Shown one piece after another: positions 36,036 to 49,287 of a stretch of DNA of 64,000 bases (its first letter is position 1; each line of letters starts with the position of its first letter). The stretch lies in the NCBI GenBank assembly GCA_024679065.1, contig JAGIQG010000040.1:9486001-9550000 (forward strand), read 5' to 3'. The notes under the pieces are model-generated. The model did not search any database, had not been told where the DNA came from, and saw nothing but the letters and a program-made list of their open reading frames with translations. The stretch comes from Sphyrna mokarran (lineage: Eukaryota). The translations under genes and the position numbers were made by a program.

Positions 36036-37767
36036 CTGTGGAAGGAGTTTATAAAAAAGTCATCAGTATCAGCACAGGATGGAAATACAGAACAGACAAT
36101 TCTAATTTCTACAGAATGTCATTTCCCAAAAGCTGTAAATCTCCATCCCACACACTCTCCACATTCTCGTTCAACACCTGATACTTGTGATTTCCTTATC
36201 CAACAAGAGTTGGTATAAAGGCAAATTCTGCTGTTATTGGAATCAAACAAAAACAGAAAATACTGGACAATCTCAGCAAGTCTGACAGCATCTGTAAAGG
36301 GAGAATAGGGACGATATTTTGAGTCAGGATTACACTTTGTCAGAGGTGAAGACAAGGAAAATCAAACAATTTATCCTGTGAGGGTCAAGAATTAGGAAGC
36401 AATCTATTAAACCTTCTCAGATCCAGTTTCAATGCATTTGTATCATTTCTTAACTAGGAGACTAAACTGCACCCAGTATTCAAGATGTAGTCTCAGCAAA
36501 GCCCTACATAACTGAAGTGCAACATCTATGTTCAATTTCTCTCGTAGTAAAGGATTGCAGTCCATTTGTCAGAACTATGATTTATTTGAACTAAGATTTA
36601 TGGATGTTCTCTTGTTACAATTACCTCCTTCATCGTAAATCACCCCAGGTTCCAGTGTCTCATATGGCAAAAAAGAATATGTTAAATGGTGAATTTGGGA
36701 AGTTTATTAATCATTAAAAATGTAAAAAGTCAGAAGGATTAAAAAAAGTGCAGATTTACAGTTAGAGAGAAAGTTTAACATTAATAATTGAACAGACTTC
36801 TCTCCATCCCTCTCAGACCAGGACATGAAGTGACCGCTCCAAAAATGTGGACAACTCGTAAAACCAACAGGTCTCAACACTTCTCTGTAAACATATCTCC
36901 CTCTCCCTCTCTCTACCAAACTGCCTTCTCAAGATCACTTTTTATACTTTAAAATGTCAGAAGTCCATCTTAGCCAATTCCCTTAAATATCCAATTATGA
37001 ACTAAAATATACACAGGTTTACGGGCGATTTAAAAACAAATGAACTGTCTGTTGAAAGGGTTAACTTTTCTACAGATATAAAGGGGCGGGGAGTGAACTG
37101 CAAAAACTTGGCACACAATTACATCAATTTACACATATTTAAAAGAAAACAAATGATTTTAAACTTTGTCTGTTAATTTTTGTGTTATATTCCTCAACCT
37201 ATTTAACGTGATCAGTTTTTATTAGGGATGGGTAGCTTCTATTCTTTATAAACTGATTCACTCATTTTGTTAATCACACTTGGGCTCAGAGAATCAGAAC
37301 CCAGACATTATCATCCTTATCCTTTTTCTCCCTTTGCTCCCTCTGTTCTGGCGAAGGGTCGTAGGGATTCCAGTCAGACCAAATCATTTTAGCATAAAAG
37401 CAAAATATTGCAGATGCCGGAATCTGAAAAACAGAAAACGCTGCAAGATTTCAGCAGGTCTGACAGCATCGGTGGAGCGAGAATAGAGCCAATGTTTCTA
37501 GGCTGGATGATCCTTTATAACAGCTCCTATGAAGTGATCCTTGTGAAATTTGAAACCATGTATTCGCAACAAGACTCGAAGAGCATCAGCCCACTGGAGT
37601 CTGAGACTAGCCAGCCCAGCAGAAAGAAACCCTCCGACTCTCCCCATTGAGAGAATGAACAAAATGCAGCCTGGATGTAATTGAGAGCAGAAACAATAAC
37701 AGCACACTGGAATCACTCATGAACTTGATGGTGTCTCAGCAGATGGGATGAAAGACTATATCTCTTC

Positions 37768-38637
37768 TCACACAGAGCAGGTGAATGGTCTTTCCCCAGT
37801 GTGAATTCGCTGGTGTGTCCGCAGTTTGGATGACTGACTGAATCCCTTCCCACGCTGAGAGCAGGTGAACGGCCTCTCCCCCGTGTGAACTCGCTGATGC
37901 GCCTGCAGATGGAATGACTGAGTGAATCCCTTTCCGCATTGAGAGCAGATGAATGGCCTCTCCCCAGTGTGAACTCGCTGGTGTGTCTTCAAATGGAATG
38001 ACTGAGTGAATCCCTTCCCGCACACAGAACAGGTGAATGGTCTCTCCCCAGTGTGAATTCGCTGGTGTCTCCGCAGTTCAGATGACTGAATGAATCCCTT
38101 CCCACACTGAGAGCAGGTGAATGGCCTCTTCCCCGTGTGAGTTCGCTGGTGTATCTGCAGATGGGATGACTGATAGAATCCCTTCCCGCATTGAGAGCAG
38201 GTGAACGGCTTCTCCCCAGTGTGAACTCGCTGGTGCGCCTGCAGATTGGATGACTGATTGAATCCCTTCCCGCATTGAGAGCAGGTGAACGGTCTCTCCC
38301 CGGTGTGAACACGTGTGTGTGCCCGCAGATTGGACGGACAAGCAAATCCCTTTCCACACTGAGAGCAGGTGAACGGCCTCTCCCCGGTGTGAATGCGCTC
38401 ATGGGCCTGCAGGTTGGAAGATTGAGCGAACCTCTTCCCACACTGAGAACAGATAAATGGCCTTTCCCCAGTGTGAACTCGCTGGTGTGACTGCAAGCTG
38501 GATAACTGTGTGAATCCCTTCCCACACTGAGAGCAGGTGAATGGTCTCTCCCCAGTGTGGCTGCGCCGATGAGCATCCAGCAGAGAGGGGGCTTTATATC
38601 TCTTTCCACAGTCCGCACATGTCCATGATTTCTCCAT
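37768..38637 (-). CDS. Finger-only C2H2 zinc-finger protein (9 canonical fingers, one C>R finger, 11th truncated by frameshift)
   Basis: ORF 37768-38673; Kozak-like cccATGg at 38637; TGERP linkers; exon acceptor ccttttacAG at 38958-9. Confidence 0.8.
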   Translation of the reverse strand: MEKSWTCADCGKRYKAPSLLDAHRRSHTGERPFTCSQCGKGFTQLSSLQSHQRVHTGERPFICSQCGKRFAQSSNLQAHERIHTGERPFTCSQCGKGFACPSNLRAHTRVHTGERPFTCSQCGKGFNQSSNLQAHQRVHTGEKPFTCSQCGKGFYQSSHLQIHQRTHTGKRPFTCSQCGKGFIQSSELRRHQRIHTGERPFTCSVCGKGFTQSFHLKTHQRVHTGERPFICSQCGKGFTQSFHLQAHQRVHTGERPFTCSQRGKGFSQSSKLRTHQRIHTGERPFTCSV

Positions 38638-40264
38638 GGGGCAGGTGTCCTTGCCTCTCTCTTGGGTGGACAATCAGTTGAAGCCTCGTCCACGCACTCA
38701 ATACATGTACATTCTCTCCCCACTGTGAATGGTGTGATATTTATTCAGTCAGTATACTGGAACGTTCTCACTCGTGTAGCAGTGTATGATGCTTTTCCAG
38801 TCACGTTGACATTTGAAATCTTTTCAAATCGACAGACCAGACAACCATTTCTCCTTCCAGATTCAAAGTCCAAGGGTATTCAGGTCCCAAGGAATATGAC
38901 TCTGTCTGATCTAGACCTGACATTGAGATTTCAGCCTGTGATTCCTCTTTCAATATCCTGTAAAAGGAGTTTACAAAAGTTATCAATGTCAGTACAGTAT
39001 AGAAATTCAGAACAGACAATTATAGTCTCTGTGGAACATTCTTTCTTATTTCAGTCCCAAAAAGCTGAAATCTCTATCCCACACATTCCTTCCATTCTCA
39101 CTCTGCTGTATCTAATATTCACCCTCCCAGTTTCTCCTGACGGTGCTGATTCAGGCTGATTGATAGATCCATGCTCACTGCTTCCTGTCCAGCACACAGA
39201 GACCATAACAAATAGGAACTGCAGTTGGCCATTTAACCCATTGAATCTTTTAAACTATTCAATGGGATAATTCGTTCATCTACCTCAGCATCATTTTCCC
39301 CCACACTAAACCATATATGCCTTCATATCTTCAATATCTAGAAACTAATTTCTCTCTTGAACATAGTTGATGACTGAAGCTTCACTGTCCTCAGGAGTTG
39401 AGAATTCCAAAGCTTTCCCAAACCCTTGAGTGAAGAAATCCCCCACATCTTAGCTTTTGCTCTATCTTCTTGTCTGTTCCCCTGATCCTTGACAACATTC
39501 AGTTAAAAATCTGTCTAACTGGAATATATTCAATGATCTTCAGCCTTCACTGGTCCCTGTGGAACAGAAATCCAAAATACCAAGAACCCCCTGAGGGAAG
39601 AGATGTCTGGAAATATATAACGTAACTACAGTTCCATATTACAAGATATTCAGATCCTAAAGAATATATCTGTCTAGATGTGATGGTTGAGGTTTTCATC
39701 TGCGTTTCCTTGATCAATATCCTGTGAAATAAGTTTGCAAAAGTCAAGACAGTCAATATAGGACAGAAATCCAGAACGCACAATTCTAGTTCCATGTAAC
39801 ATTCTTTCCTATTTCATTCCCAAAAAGTTGTAAATCTCTAACCATATCTATGGATTCTATTTAAAAATGAAAGTAGAAGGGCACTTGAAGAAATAAACTT
39901 TCAGAAGAATGGGGATATCGAATGGGAATGGGGGGACTGGAATGTTATACAGAGAATTAGCATGGACTCGAGTTACCAAGTGGATTCTTTCTGTGCTGTA
40001 ATGACTTTATGACTGGAAACGTATAGCATTGCTACAGTGTTATATTACAATGTAAGAAATAATAAATGTATTTTATTACAGAAACATAAATAATATATCT
40101 AATCTGGATATCATATAACAACACTAGCCATATCTCGGTCCTTTATTAATGTACTGTCCCCTTAAATGTCAGCCATCTCTTAGAGAAAACAGCCCTTTAA
40201 TTGTGAACATTAGGAAAAAGACCATCCTTTTAGACAGACATAAATGTGTCAAGCCGAGGGAGCA

Positions 40265-40750
40265 AAGGATGTTTACCAGGCTGATTCAGGGAATCGCAGC
40301 ATTGGTGTATGAGGAGAGACTGACAAGGTTAGGATTGTTTTCATTGAGTTCAAATGAAAGAGGGGGGCGGGGTCTCATACAGACTTACAAAATTCTCAGA
40401 GGTCAAGACAGGATAGATGCAGGGAGGATGTTGTCGATGGAATACAGAACCTGGGGTCACAATCTGAGCATTCAAGGTAGACCATTTAGGACAGAGGGTG
40501 GAGACATTTTTTCATCCAAAGAGTAATGACACTGTGCAGTTTATTACCACAGGAAGTAGTTGATGCCAAAATATTGACTGTATTCAAGAGGCGGCTGCAT
40601 ATAGCAGTTGGGGCGAATGGGATCAAAGGTTATGGGGGAAAAGCACAGTTAAGCTATTGGGTTAGATGATCAGCCATAATTGTAATGAATGGCGGAGTAG
40701 GCTCGAAGGATTAAATGGCCTCCTTCTGCTCCTAACTTCCATGTTTCTAT
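40265..40750 (+). mobile_element. CR1 3' fragment in a ZNF intron (mirror at about 61430-61910)
   Basis: MFTRLIQG..YEERLTRLGLFSL plus a CR1 tail. Confidence 0.8.
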
Positions 40751-40920
40751 ATCAATGTCATTAAGAGAGAGAGAGAGAGAGGAAAAGAGACCTGGGCCAA
40801 TCCCAGAGTCTGCAGCCTCCCTGGATTCACTTCCTTTCATTTCAGCTGCTGGATGTCCCCAATTTCCCCCAGAATGGGAAAAGAAATGGAAAGGTGCAGA
40901 AAAGAAAGTGTTTTACTCAC

Positions 40921-41564
40921 AGATATTGACAACAGGAAGAAGTTTGAGTCTGTCTGAAGCTTAATCTTCATTCAGAGAGAGAGCAGCAGCAGCCTTGCTG
41001 GATGGGAATGAGCCTCTGAACAAGCTCATTGTCCACTAGCGCATTCAGACAATAGGGGAGCTCTGATTGGCTAGAGGGGGCAGTGTCCTTCCCGTCTTTC
41101 AGCCTTTCCCATTGGTCAGGGCCTCAGCAAAAAAGTCAGGGAGGGGACAGGCAGCCCTGCACATGCGCAGCTTCCCCTCTCTCTTGAACATGCGCAGTCC
41201 CGGTCCGGCGGGGGGAGGGGGAGATCACCGAGCGGCTTCTCGCTCTGGGCGGAGCCGCCAGCCGCTTGTCTGGAAACCTTGGCTCGAGGAGGGGGAGGGG
41301 AACAATGGGTGGAGGCGGGGCTCCCGGGAGGGGGAGGGGAACAATGGGCGGGGGCGGGGCTCCTGGGAGGGGGAGGGGAACAATGGGCGGAGGAAGGGAA
41401 ACAATGGGCGGGGGCGGGGCTCTTGGCGACGTCACCGCAGAACTCGGAGACGTCATCGCAGAGCGGAGTGATTGGCTAATCTGGGCAGCACTCCATTATG
41501 ACGTCACAATACGGAAGTTGTCGAATGAGTTTCAGACTCAGATTTGCTCCTGTCTCTGATATCT
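40921..41564. promoter_or_regulatory. Bidirectional CpG promoter with divergent non-coding first exons (left arm)
   Basis: Outward-facing donors ATCT|GTGAGT (minus at 40920, plus at 41565); CCAAT boxes; ACATGCGCAG (NRF1-like) twice; perfect CRE TGACGTCA at 41499-41506; ETS CGGAAGT; a 4-unit GC-box/AACAATGG minisatellite. Confidence 0.7.
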
Positions 41565-42200
41565 GTGAGTAAAACACTTTCTTTACTGCCCCTTTCCATT
41601 TCTATTCTCATCCTGGGGGAAACTGGGGACCTGCAGCAACTGAAGGGCAAGGAAGTGAGTCCAGGGAAACTGCAGATTCTGGAAAGGTTGGCCCAGGTCT
41701 CTCTCTCTCTCTTAAAGACACTGACATCCTTTGCTTCCTCAGCTTGATACGTTGATTTGTTTGGCTAAAAGGATGGTCACTTTCCTAATGTTCACAATTA
41801 AAGGGGTGGTTTGCCCAGGAGATAGAAACTAGAAGCAGGAGTAGGCCATTCAGTCCTTTGCGTTTACTCCACCATTCATTATGATCATGGATGATCATCA
41901 ATTTCGATATTCTGATCCCCCCTCCGCCCCCTCCCCATCTCCTTTGATCCCCTGAACCTCAGGATTTATTCTTGAAATCATGCAGTATTTTGGCCTCAAC
42001 TACTTTCTGTGGTAGTGAATTCTACACATTCACCACTCTTTGGGTGAAGACATCTCTTCTCATTTTATTTCTAAAAGGTTTACCCCTTATCTTCAAACTT
42101 TGATCCGTGGTTCTGGACTCACCCAATATCAGGAACATTGGGAGATGGCTGACATTTAAGGAGACAGTAAATATAGAACAGAGATAAATCTAATGCTGTT

Positions 42201-42555
42201 ACATAGAACATAGAACATTACATCGCAGAACAGGCCCTTCGGCCTTCGATGTTGCACCGACCAATTAGGAACAAGCAGTGACCCTCTAACCTAAACCATT
42301 CCCCTTTCATCCATAAACTTATCTACTAACCTCTTAAACGCCACCAAACTTGGCGCATCTACAACTGACACAGGCAAGGCATTCCATACCCTTACCACCC
42401 TCTGGGTAAAGAACCTACCTCCGACATCTGTCCTAAAACCACCACCCCTTAATTTAAAGCTATGTCCCCTCGTGCTAGCTTTCTCCATCCTAGGAAAAAG
42501 GCTATCACTGTCCACCCTATCTAAACCTCTAATCATCTTATATGTTTCAATAAGG
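42201..42555 (-). mobile_element. Left-arm-specific CR1 3' insertion
   Basis: The mirror site at about 59745-59755 is empty (GCTGTACATGGTACAG); the insert has a (TTCTATG)n tail. Confidence 0.85.
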
Positions 42556-43159
42556 TGGTACAGGTTAGATATACAATAATGGTTCTGTGATAAAATACAT
42601 TTATTAGTTCTAGCCTTGTAATATACCAATGCAACTACATTATAAACTTCCAGTCAGAGTCATTACCACATAGGCGGAGTCCATTCAGCAACTCGAGTCC
42701 ATGGCGATTCTCTGGAGGACAATACAGTCAATCCCACTCTGCTTCTATAATCTCTTCTCCCTACAAGTTTATTTCCTTCAGATGTCTAACCCAATTTATT
42801 TGAAATTATTCTTCTCCACTTCAACCACTGGTGTAATTTTCTGATTATGCCCACTTGCTGTCTAAATAAAGTTCTTCCTTGCACATGCCCCGCCCCCCCC
42901 GCCCCCACTCGATCTCTGATTAAAAGGTACAGTACTCTCTATCAAACATTTTCTATACAATTAATTGTGCATCTGGCGAGATATATGTACATTTACTGAA
43001 TAAAACGTTTGGGTGTCTGACTCCAGAGCCTTGTATTGATAGATTCGCATGACTCACTCATTCATTAGAATTGAGAGGATGAATATTAGATTCAGCAGAG
43101 TGAGAATGGTGGGAGAGTGTCTGACATGGAGATTTTCAGATTTTGGGATTTTTAAAATT

Positions 43160-43420
43160 TAATCGTGTCACAAGTAGGCTTACATTAACTCTGCAATGAA
43201 GTTACTGCGGAAATCCCCTAGTTGCCACACTGAGGTACATTGAGTGAGAATTTAGTATGGCCAGTGCAGTTAACCAGCATGTCTTTCGGACTGTGGCAGG
43301 AAACCTGAGAAGGAAATCCATGCAGATACAAGGAGAATGTGCAGTCTCTGGACAGACGGTGATCCAAGCTGGAATCAAAGCCAGATCCCTGGCGTTGTGA
43401 GAGAGCAACACACTGTGCCA
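43160..43420 (-). mobile_element. HE1/V-type SINE (mirror at about 58905-59150)
   Basis: tggcacagtg head, gggatctggctttgattccagcttgg B-box region, and core. Confidence 0.7.
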
Positions 43421-43829
43421 AATAAGGGAGGAAAGAATGCTCTGTAGAAATTTGAATTGTCTGTTTTGAATTTCTATTCTGTTCTGCCAGAAATGACTTT
43501 TGTAAACCTTTTTACAGGATATCAGAAGGTGAGGATTTACAGACCGAAATTTTGAATGAAATATCACATCAACATTTGACAGAGTCACTCAATTCATTGG
43601 GAGCTGACTATCATCAGTCTTTGAATCTCGAAGGAGAAATGTTTGTCTGTTTTGACTGATACAGAAGATTTTAAACATCAGTCTGACTGGAAAAGCACCG
43701 AAAACACATGCACATCTCAGTGAGAGTGTTTCAGCTTTAATTAGTTACACAATTTTCCAAAACCCTTCGGAACTGGGAAAGACACTACACGCGTTCTCTG
43801 CGTGTGGACACCTCAGTTGATTCTTGAAT

Positions 43830-44423
43830 ATGGAGAGACACAAGGACACCTGTACCATGGAAAAACCATGGAAATGTGCGGAATGTGGGAAGGGCTTCAT
43901 TACCCCATCAAGCCTGGAAAGTCATCGACGCATTCACACAGGGGAGAGACCGTTTGCTTGCTCTGACTGTGGGAAGGGCTTCACTCAGTTATCCCATCTG
44001 TGGACACACCAGCGAGTTCACACAGGGGAGAGGCCTTTTATCTGCATTGACTGTGGGAAGGGATTCACTCAGTCATCCAACCTGCTCGGACACCAGCGAG
44101 TTCACACTGGAGAGAGGCCATTCATCTGCACTGAGTGTGGAAAGGGCTTCAGAGATTCATCCACTCTGCAGAAACACCAGAGAGTACACACTGGGGAAAG
44201 ACCATTCAGCTGCTCTGATTGTGGGAAGCGATTCCGAGATTCCTCCACCCTGGTGAGACACCATCAATTTCATACCGGGGAGAGACCGTTCATCTGCTCT
44301 GACTGTGGGAAGGGATTCACTCAGTTATCCACCTTGCAGACACACCAGCGAGTTCACACCAGGGAAAGCCGTTCACCTGCTGTCAGTGTGGGAAGGGATT
44401 CACTCGGTCAACACTCCTGCTGA
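43830..44423 (+). CDS. C2H2 zinc-finger protein, 6 fingers (7th lost by a 1-nt deletion)
   Basis: Acceptor tttttacAG at 43516-7; [16 protein letters not shown] start. Reads agggaaagccg versus agggagaggccg in the mirror copy. Confidence 0.75.
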   Translation: MERHKDTCTMEKPWKCAECGKGFITPSSLESHRRIHTGERPFACSDCGKGFTQLSHLWTHQRVHTGERPFICIDCGKGFTQSSNLLGHQRVHTGERPFICTECGKGFRDSSTLQKHQRVHTGERPFSCSDCGKRFRDSSTLVRHHQFHTGERPFICSDCGKGFTQLSTLQTHQRVHTRESRSPAVSVGRDSLGQHSC

Positions 44424-44859
44424 GACATCAGCGAGTTCACAATTCCTTCCGTGGGTTGGATTGTGCTGTTAATCACATCCAAGACTGATCCATGTCCATT
44501 CTGACAGTTGGTGAAATGGGGGAGGGTCGGAGGGTTTCTTTCTGCTGGACTGGCCAATCTCCCAACTTTGCTTCCAGTGGGTCGATGCTCTTTGAGCCAG
44601 GGTGAGCACATTCCCATGAAAATGATCTACTTAAGCCAATGAAAGACATTTATGATACTTGGTTGTAAATAATGTGTTTCCCCCTACTACATGCAAGCTT
44701 AAAATAAATGCAAAAAGAGCTAAAAGAAATGCTGCTGTCTAGCAGCATCTGTGGAAAAAATATCTTGGAGCAAAAGGCAAAGGGAGAGGTATGAGTTGTG
44801 CGAATAAATACAGCATTGATCCAGAGTAAGTTTAATGGCTGAATAAAGGACAGCTCTCC

Positions 44860-45120
44860 CTGTATCTCTCCAGTTAAGGCAATCAGCTGAAGCCTGATTC
44901 ATATACATGTGGATGGTGTCTCCCTGCTGTGAATGGTGCAATGTTTTTTTTTCAGGATGGGTAAGCTGTTAAACCTCTTTTCCTAGTCAGTGCACTCGGG
45001 TATGTTGAAGGAGAATTTAGTATGGCCAGTGCAATTAGCCAGCATGTCTGTCGGACTGTGGTAGGAAATCTGGTTGTGCTTGTGTGTGTGTTAGTACTTC
45101 CCAGTCACACAAATGTTTAG
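44860..45120 (-). pseudogene. Relic of a ZNF coding-exon 5' region (mirror at about 57200-57460)
   Basis: Aligns to 50155-50330 (aatcag.tgaa..ctgtgaatg.tgc.atg.ttttcagg..tcagtgca..ttcccagtcacac). No fingers remain. Confidence 0.55.
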
Positions 45121-46979
45121 AAGGGAAAAAAATTGAAAAGGAAGAATTTGTAGGGCTGTGGGGAAAAAGCAGAGCAGTTGGATGAATCACAGAGTCCTTT
45201 CAAAGAGATAGCAGGGACATGAAGAGCTGAATGGTCTCCTCCTGCAGCCTGTCAATCTCAGCTCCTGCTTTTATGCAGGTTAAAAGGGCCAAATTTCAGT
45301 GCAGCCTCTTCACTGTATATGTATTTAAAGAGACAGGTTTCTCTTTAGCTGAATGACTGATAGCAATTTGTTGAAGGTCCTTTTCCCACTCAGTTCTCCA
45401 GCACCTTTCTGTCTCGCTATTAATCCGATGCCCAGGACAGCTTCCCAACTGGGGCACAGACCCTATTATTCTCAACTAAATTCAGCACTCAGCTCTGTCA
45501 CCCAGCTGTCATTGACAGGAGCAATAGAGAAACAGAAAAGTGTCCCAGGTTCAAATGGGAAGTCAAAACTTGTGGCTTTAAATGAACTGTTAAGATCAAC
45601 AATTTAAAAAATTGTTTAAATTAAAGAGTCACATGACAAAACTTAAAGTTTATGGCATTTATTCCAACAAACTGGAAGAAACAATGATTAAACATTTTTT
45701 TTGTAGGGAACATTGCCCTTAAACTTTAAAATTGAACTTTGCCTTTTGCTCTTAACACAATCAAATATCTCAGTCAATGGTTATATTTTACGCTGTCTTG
45801 GAATGTTGACACTCAATTCTCAAAGATTTTTCACTCCCGAGGGTTTATTTCCATTGTTTTCCTTTCCCAGTCTTGCAACATTTAATCCCAGACTGTCTTC
45901 ACAGTGACAATACACCTGGACATTTTCTCAGTAACACAAGCAAGGCAAATCTTCCAGCCTTGTTTCACAATCCTCAGGAATTTATGACCAACATTTGATA
46001 GAGGAGCACAAGTAGGCCATTTGGCCCCTCTGAGTCGAAGGAGGCCATTTGGACACTCTGAGTCTGCTCCTCCATTTATTTAGATCATGGCTGATCTGTT
46101 TATGTTAAGTTCCTCATATTCTAGTTCCAGATCCGATATTTTTGATTTCCTTATGCAACAAAAGTTGGTGTAAAGGCAAAATTCTGCTGTTGAGGGAATC
46201 TGAGAGAAAAACACAAAATGCTGGATAATCTCAGCAAGTCTGACAGCCTCTGTAGAGAGAGAATAGAGACAACATTTCAAGTCAGGGTGACCCTTTGTCC
46301 AAAATGAAGACAAGGAAAATCAGACAAAATTCATACTGTGAGGATCAAGAATTGGGAAGCAACCGATTAAACCTGCACCACACTCAATGCATTTGTATCA
46401 TTTCTTAAATAGAAGACAAAGCTGCAGCCAATATTCAAGATACAGACTCAGCAATGCCCCGTATAACTGAAGCAGAACAACTTCTATGTTCAATTTCTCT
46501 CATAATAAAGGATTGCATTCCATTTGTAAGAACTTTGATTAATTTGAACTAAGATTTAGGGGGTTCTCTTGTGTATAATAACCTCCCCAATTGTAAATCA
46601 CACCAGGTTCCAGTGTCTTAACCATATGACAAGAAAGAACACTTTAAAAGGTGAATTCAGAAACTTTATTAACCATTAAAAATGTAACAAGTCAGAAAGT
46701 TAAAAAGCAAAGTATTGATTAACAGTTAACAGAGAAAGCTTCACTTTAATGATTGAATAGACTTCTCTCCATCTCTCTCAAACCAGGACATGAAGTGACA
46801 ACTCTGAAAACATGGATAACTTATAAAACCAACAGCTCTCAACATCTGTCTGTAAACATATCTTCCTCGTCCTCTCTGTACCAAATTGCTTCTCAAAACC
46901 ACTTTTTTATACTTTAAAAATTTCAAAAGTCCATCTTAGCAATTCCCATAAATCTGGTGAGTTTCTGGTGATTTAAAAA

Positions 46980-47345
46980 CACATCGTTAGTGTACGCTTG
47001 ACCTGGACCATTTGATGGGCAACACAACAGCTCAGTGACTATCGCTGTGCTGTGCAGATACATGGATTTGGGCATGTGTCTGTGGGAATTTGCGCATTCT
47101 CCCCGTGCTTGCGTGGGTTTTCTCCGAGCGCTCCGGTTTCCTCCCACATCCCAAAGATGTGCTCTTAGGCTAATTGGCAAAACAAATTCTCCCTAAATTG
47201 TTTCAAATTTGGTTTTTAATCCATAGATCTATAAACATGGACAGGGATTGCGGGTAGAGGTGGGAACATCGGGGTGGCGGCGCGGGCTCGTTGGGTCGAA
47301 GGGCCTGTTTCCCGTGCTGTTTTGTTCTGTGTTCTAAATCTAATT
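46980..47345 (+). mobile_element. 5'-truncated copy of the 3' UTR of the 30.7-32.2 kb LINE family (mirror at about 54860-55225)
   Basis: Aligns to 31845-32230; absent from the paralogous site at about 37040. Confidence 0.75.
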
Positions 47346-47704
47346 CCTACTTAAAGGATTAACTTTTCCACAGAACCTAAAGGAGTGGGGAGTGAGCAGC
47401 AAAAACTTGGCACACAATTACATCACTTCACACAAGTTTAAAACAAAACAAATGATTTTAAACTTCATCTATTAATTTTTTTTTGTTATATTCCTCAACC
47501 GATTAAATTTGATCAGTTTTTGTTGGGGATGGGTAATTTCTATTCTTTATAAACTGGTTCACTCATTTTGTTTATTCTCCTTGGGCTGAGAGAATCAGAA
47601 CACAGACTTTATCATCCTTCTCCTTTTTTCTCTTCTCCTACCACTCTCTCTGTTTTGCGGGAGGGTCATGGGGATTCCAATCAGACCTGATCATTTTATC
47701 ACAC

Positions 47705-47882
47705 AAGTAAAATACTGCGGATACTGGAATCTGAAACAAAAAAACAGAAAATGCTGGAAAATCTCAGCAGGTCTGACAGCATCTGTGGAGAGAGAATAGA
47801 GCCAATGTTTCGAGTCTGGATAACCCTTCATTAGCGCTCTTACAAAGTGTCAATCAGATTCAAAAGGTTGGCTCTATCCTCT
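47705..47882 (-). mobile_element. Penelope-like pLTR remnant with an inverted partial copy (mirror at 54323-54500)
   Basis: The mirror reads CTAATGAAGGGTTATCCAGACTCGAAACATT (degenerate hammerhead core). Local hairpin arms at 47791-47828 and 47843-47882. Confidence 0.6.
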
Positions 47883-49287
47883 AATCATTTTAATCAATAA
47901 GTTTCTTGCTTTTAGTTTCCAAATGGCAGATAAGTGACTGTCTGATCCCCACTCAAGCTCTGATTTTTCACTGGCCATGATGGGGTAAGATAATAACCAT
48001 TCGGATCTACTCTCAGAGGGTCCGCTTTTCAGTCCAGTGCTACTTGGAGAATACCATCACTTCACTGACTATCAGATCACAAATCAGTCACAGTTTTTAT
48101 CACAAGTTTAGGATAAATTAATTTAAACAATGCCTGAGAACGCACCTTGATTTCTTAACCAACTACTTACCACTGTTTGTTGATTTGTCAGACTCCCCTT
48201 TTTACAGATTCAGAAATATCATCTGCTTAACACCAGCTGGTCCTTGGATAAGTTTAATTCCAACTCATTCCCAGTAAATATTCTCACTGGGTCCTCCCTG
48301 GAGGCTCTGCTAAGCAGCGTTAATGGTCTGTGATTGCAGAAACTGAGCAGTCACAGGAATGTGGTCAAGACAGTCCAGTCTCATAATGCTTCACATTCAA
48401 TCTGCAGTCCTTCAATTATAACAGAATATGTGGCTGTGTGTAGCTGCCTCGGCCATGGTCAACCCCAACACTGCCTTCCTGAACTGCTACCATGCCTGTA
48501 AATACATCCACAGTGCTATTAGGGAGTGATTTCCAGATACATATTCCAGAATTTCACTAACTGTAGGTGGATACCAGATTGATATATTCCATTCAACCAC
48601 ATCCAAGCTGCATTACCCAATTTCATTATTGTCCAGGACAATATATTCACAATATCTTTAAAACAGAAATTCAACATTCCCATTTTATTTCAGGTACTAA
48701 CATATTCTGTTGGTTTGTTCTTTATTGTCAAAGTCAGGCTGGGGTTGTTCCTCTTGGAGCAAAGGAGGTTGAGGGGAGATTTGCTATAGAGTTGGACAAG
48801 ATTCTGACATAGTTAGATAAGGTGGACAAAAAAAAGCTGTTCCCATTAGCTGACAGGACAAGGGCGAGGGGATCACAGGTTTATGCTTTTAGGATGTTGC
48901 GGGGGGCAGGCGGGGGGATGTGAAGAAGAATATTTTGATGTGGCGAATGGTAATGATCTGGAACTTGCTGCCTACGAGCGTAAAGTGGAGGCAATAAATC
49001 ATTGCAAAGGAAATTGGATGGGCATTTAGGCAGTGTTGCAAATAGAAATGGGACTAAATATATCTTAACTTTCAATTGCCCTGTCAGTCTTTTATCCTTC
49101 TGAAATTTAAAACCAGGTATTTGCAACAAGATTCAAAGATCATCCGTCCACTGGAGATAAAATCATGAGTCCTGCCAGTCCAACACAAAGAAACCCTTTC
49201 CTTTGACCAACTGTGAGAATGAATAAAATGTAGTCTTGGCAGTAATTGAGAGCTGAACCAGTAACAGCAGAATCCAAACCTCTGGAA

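Noticed and set aside
37989-38723. Long alternative-frame ORFs over ZNF exons ([20 protein letters not shown] repeats; also 49311-50024, 52181-52894, 35219-35689)
   Set aside because: Shadow frames of the repetitive C2H2 coding sequence.
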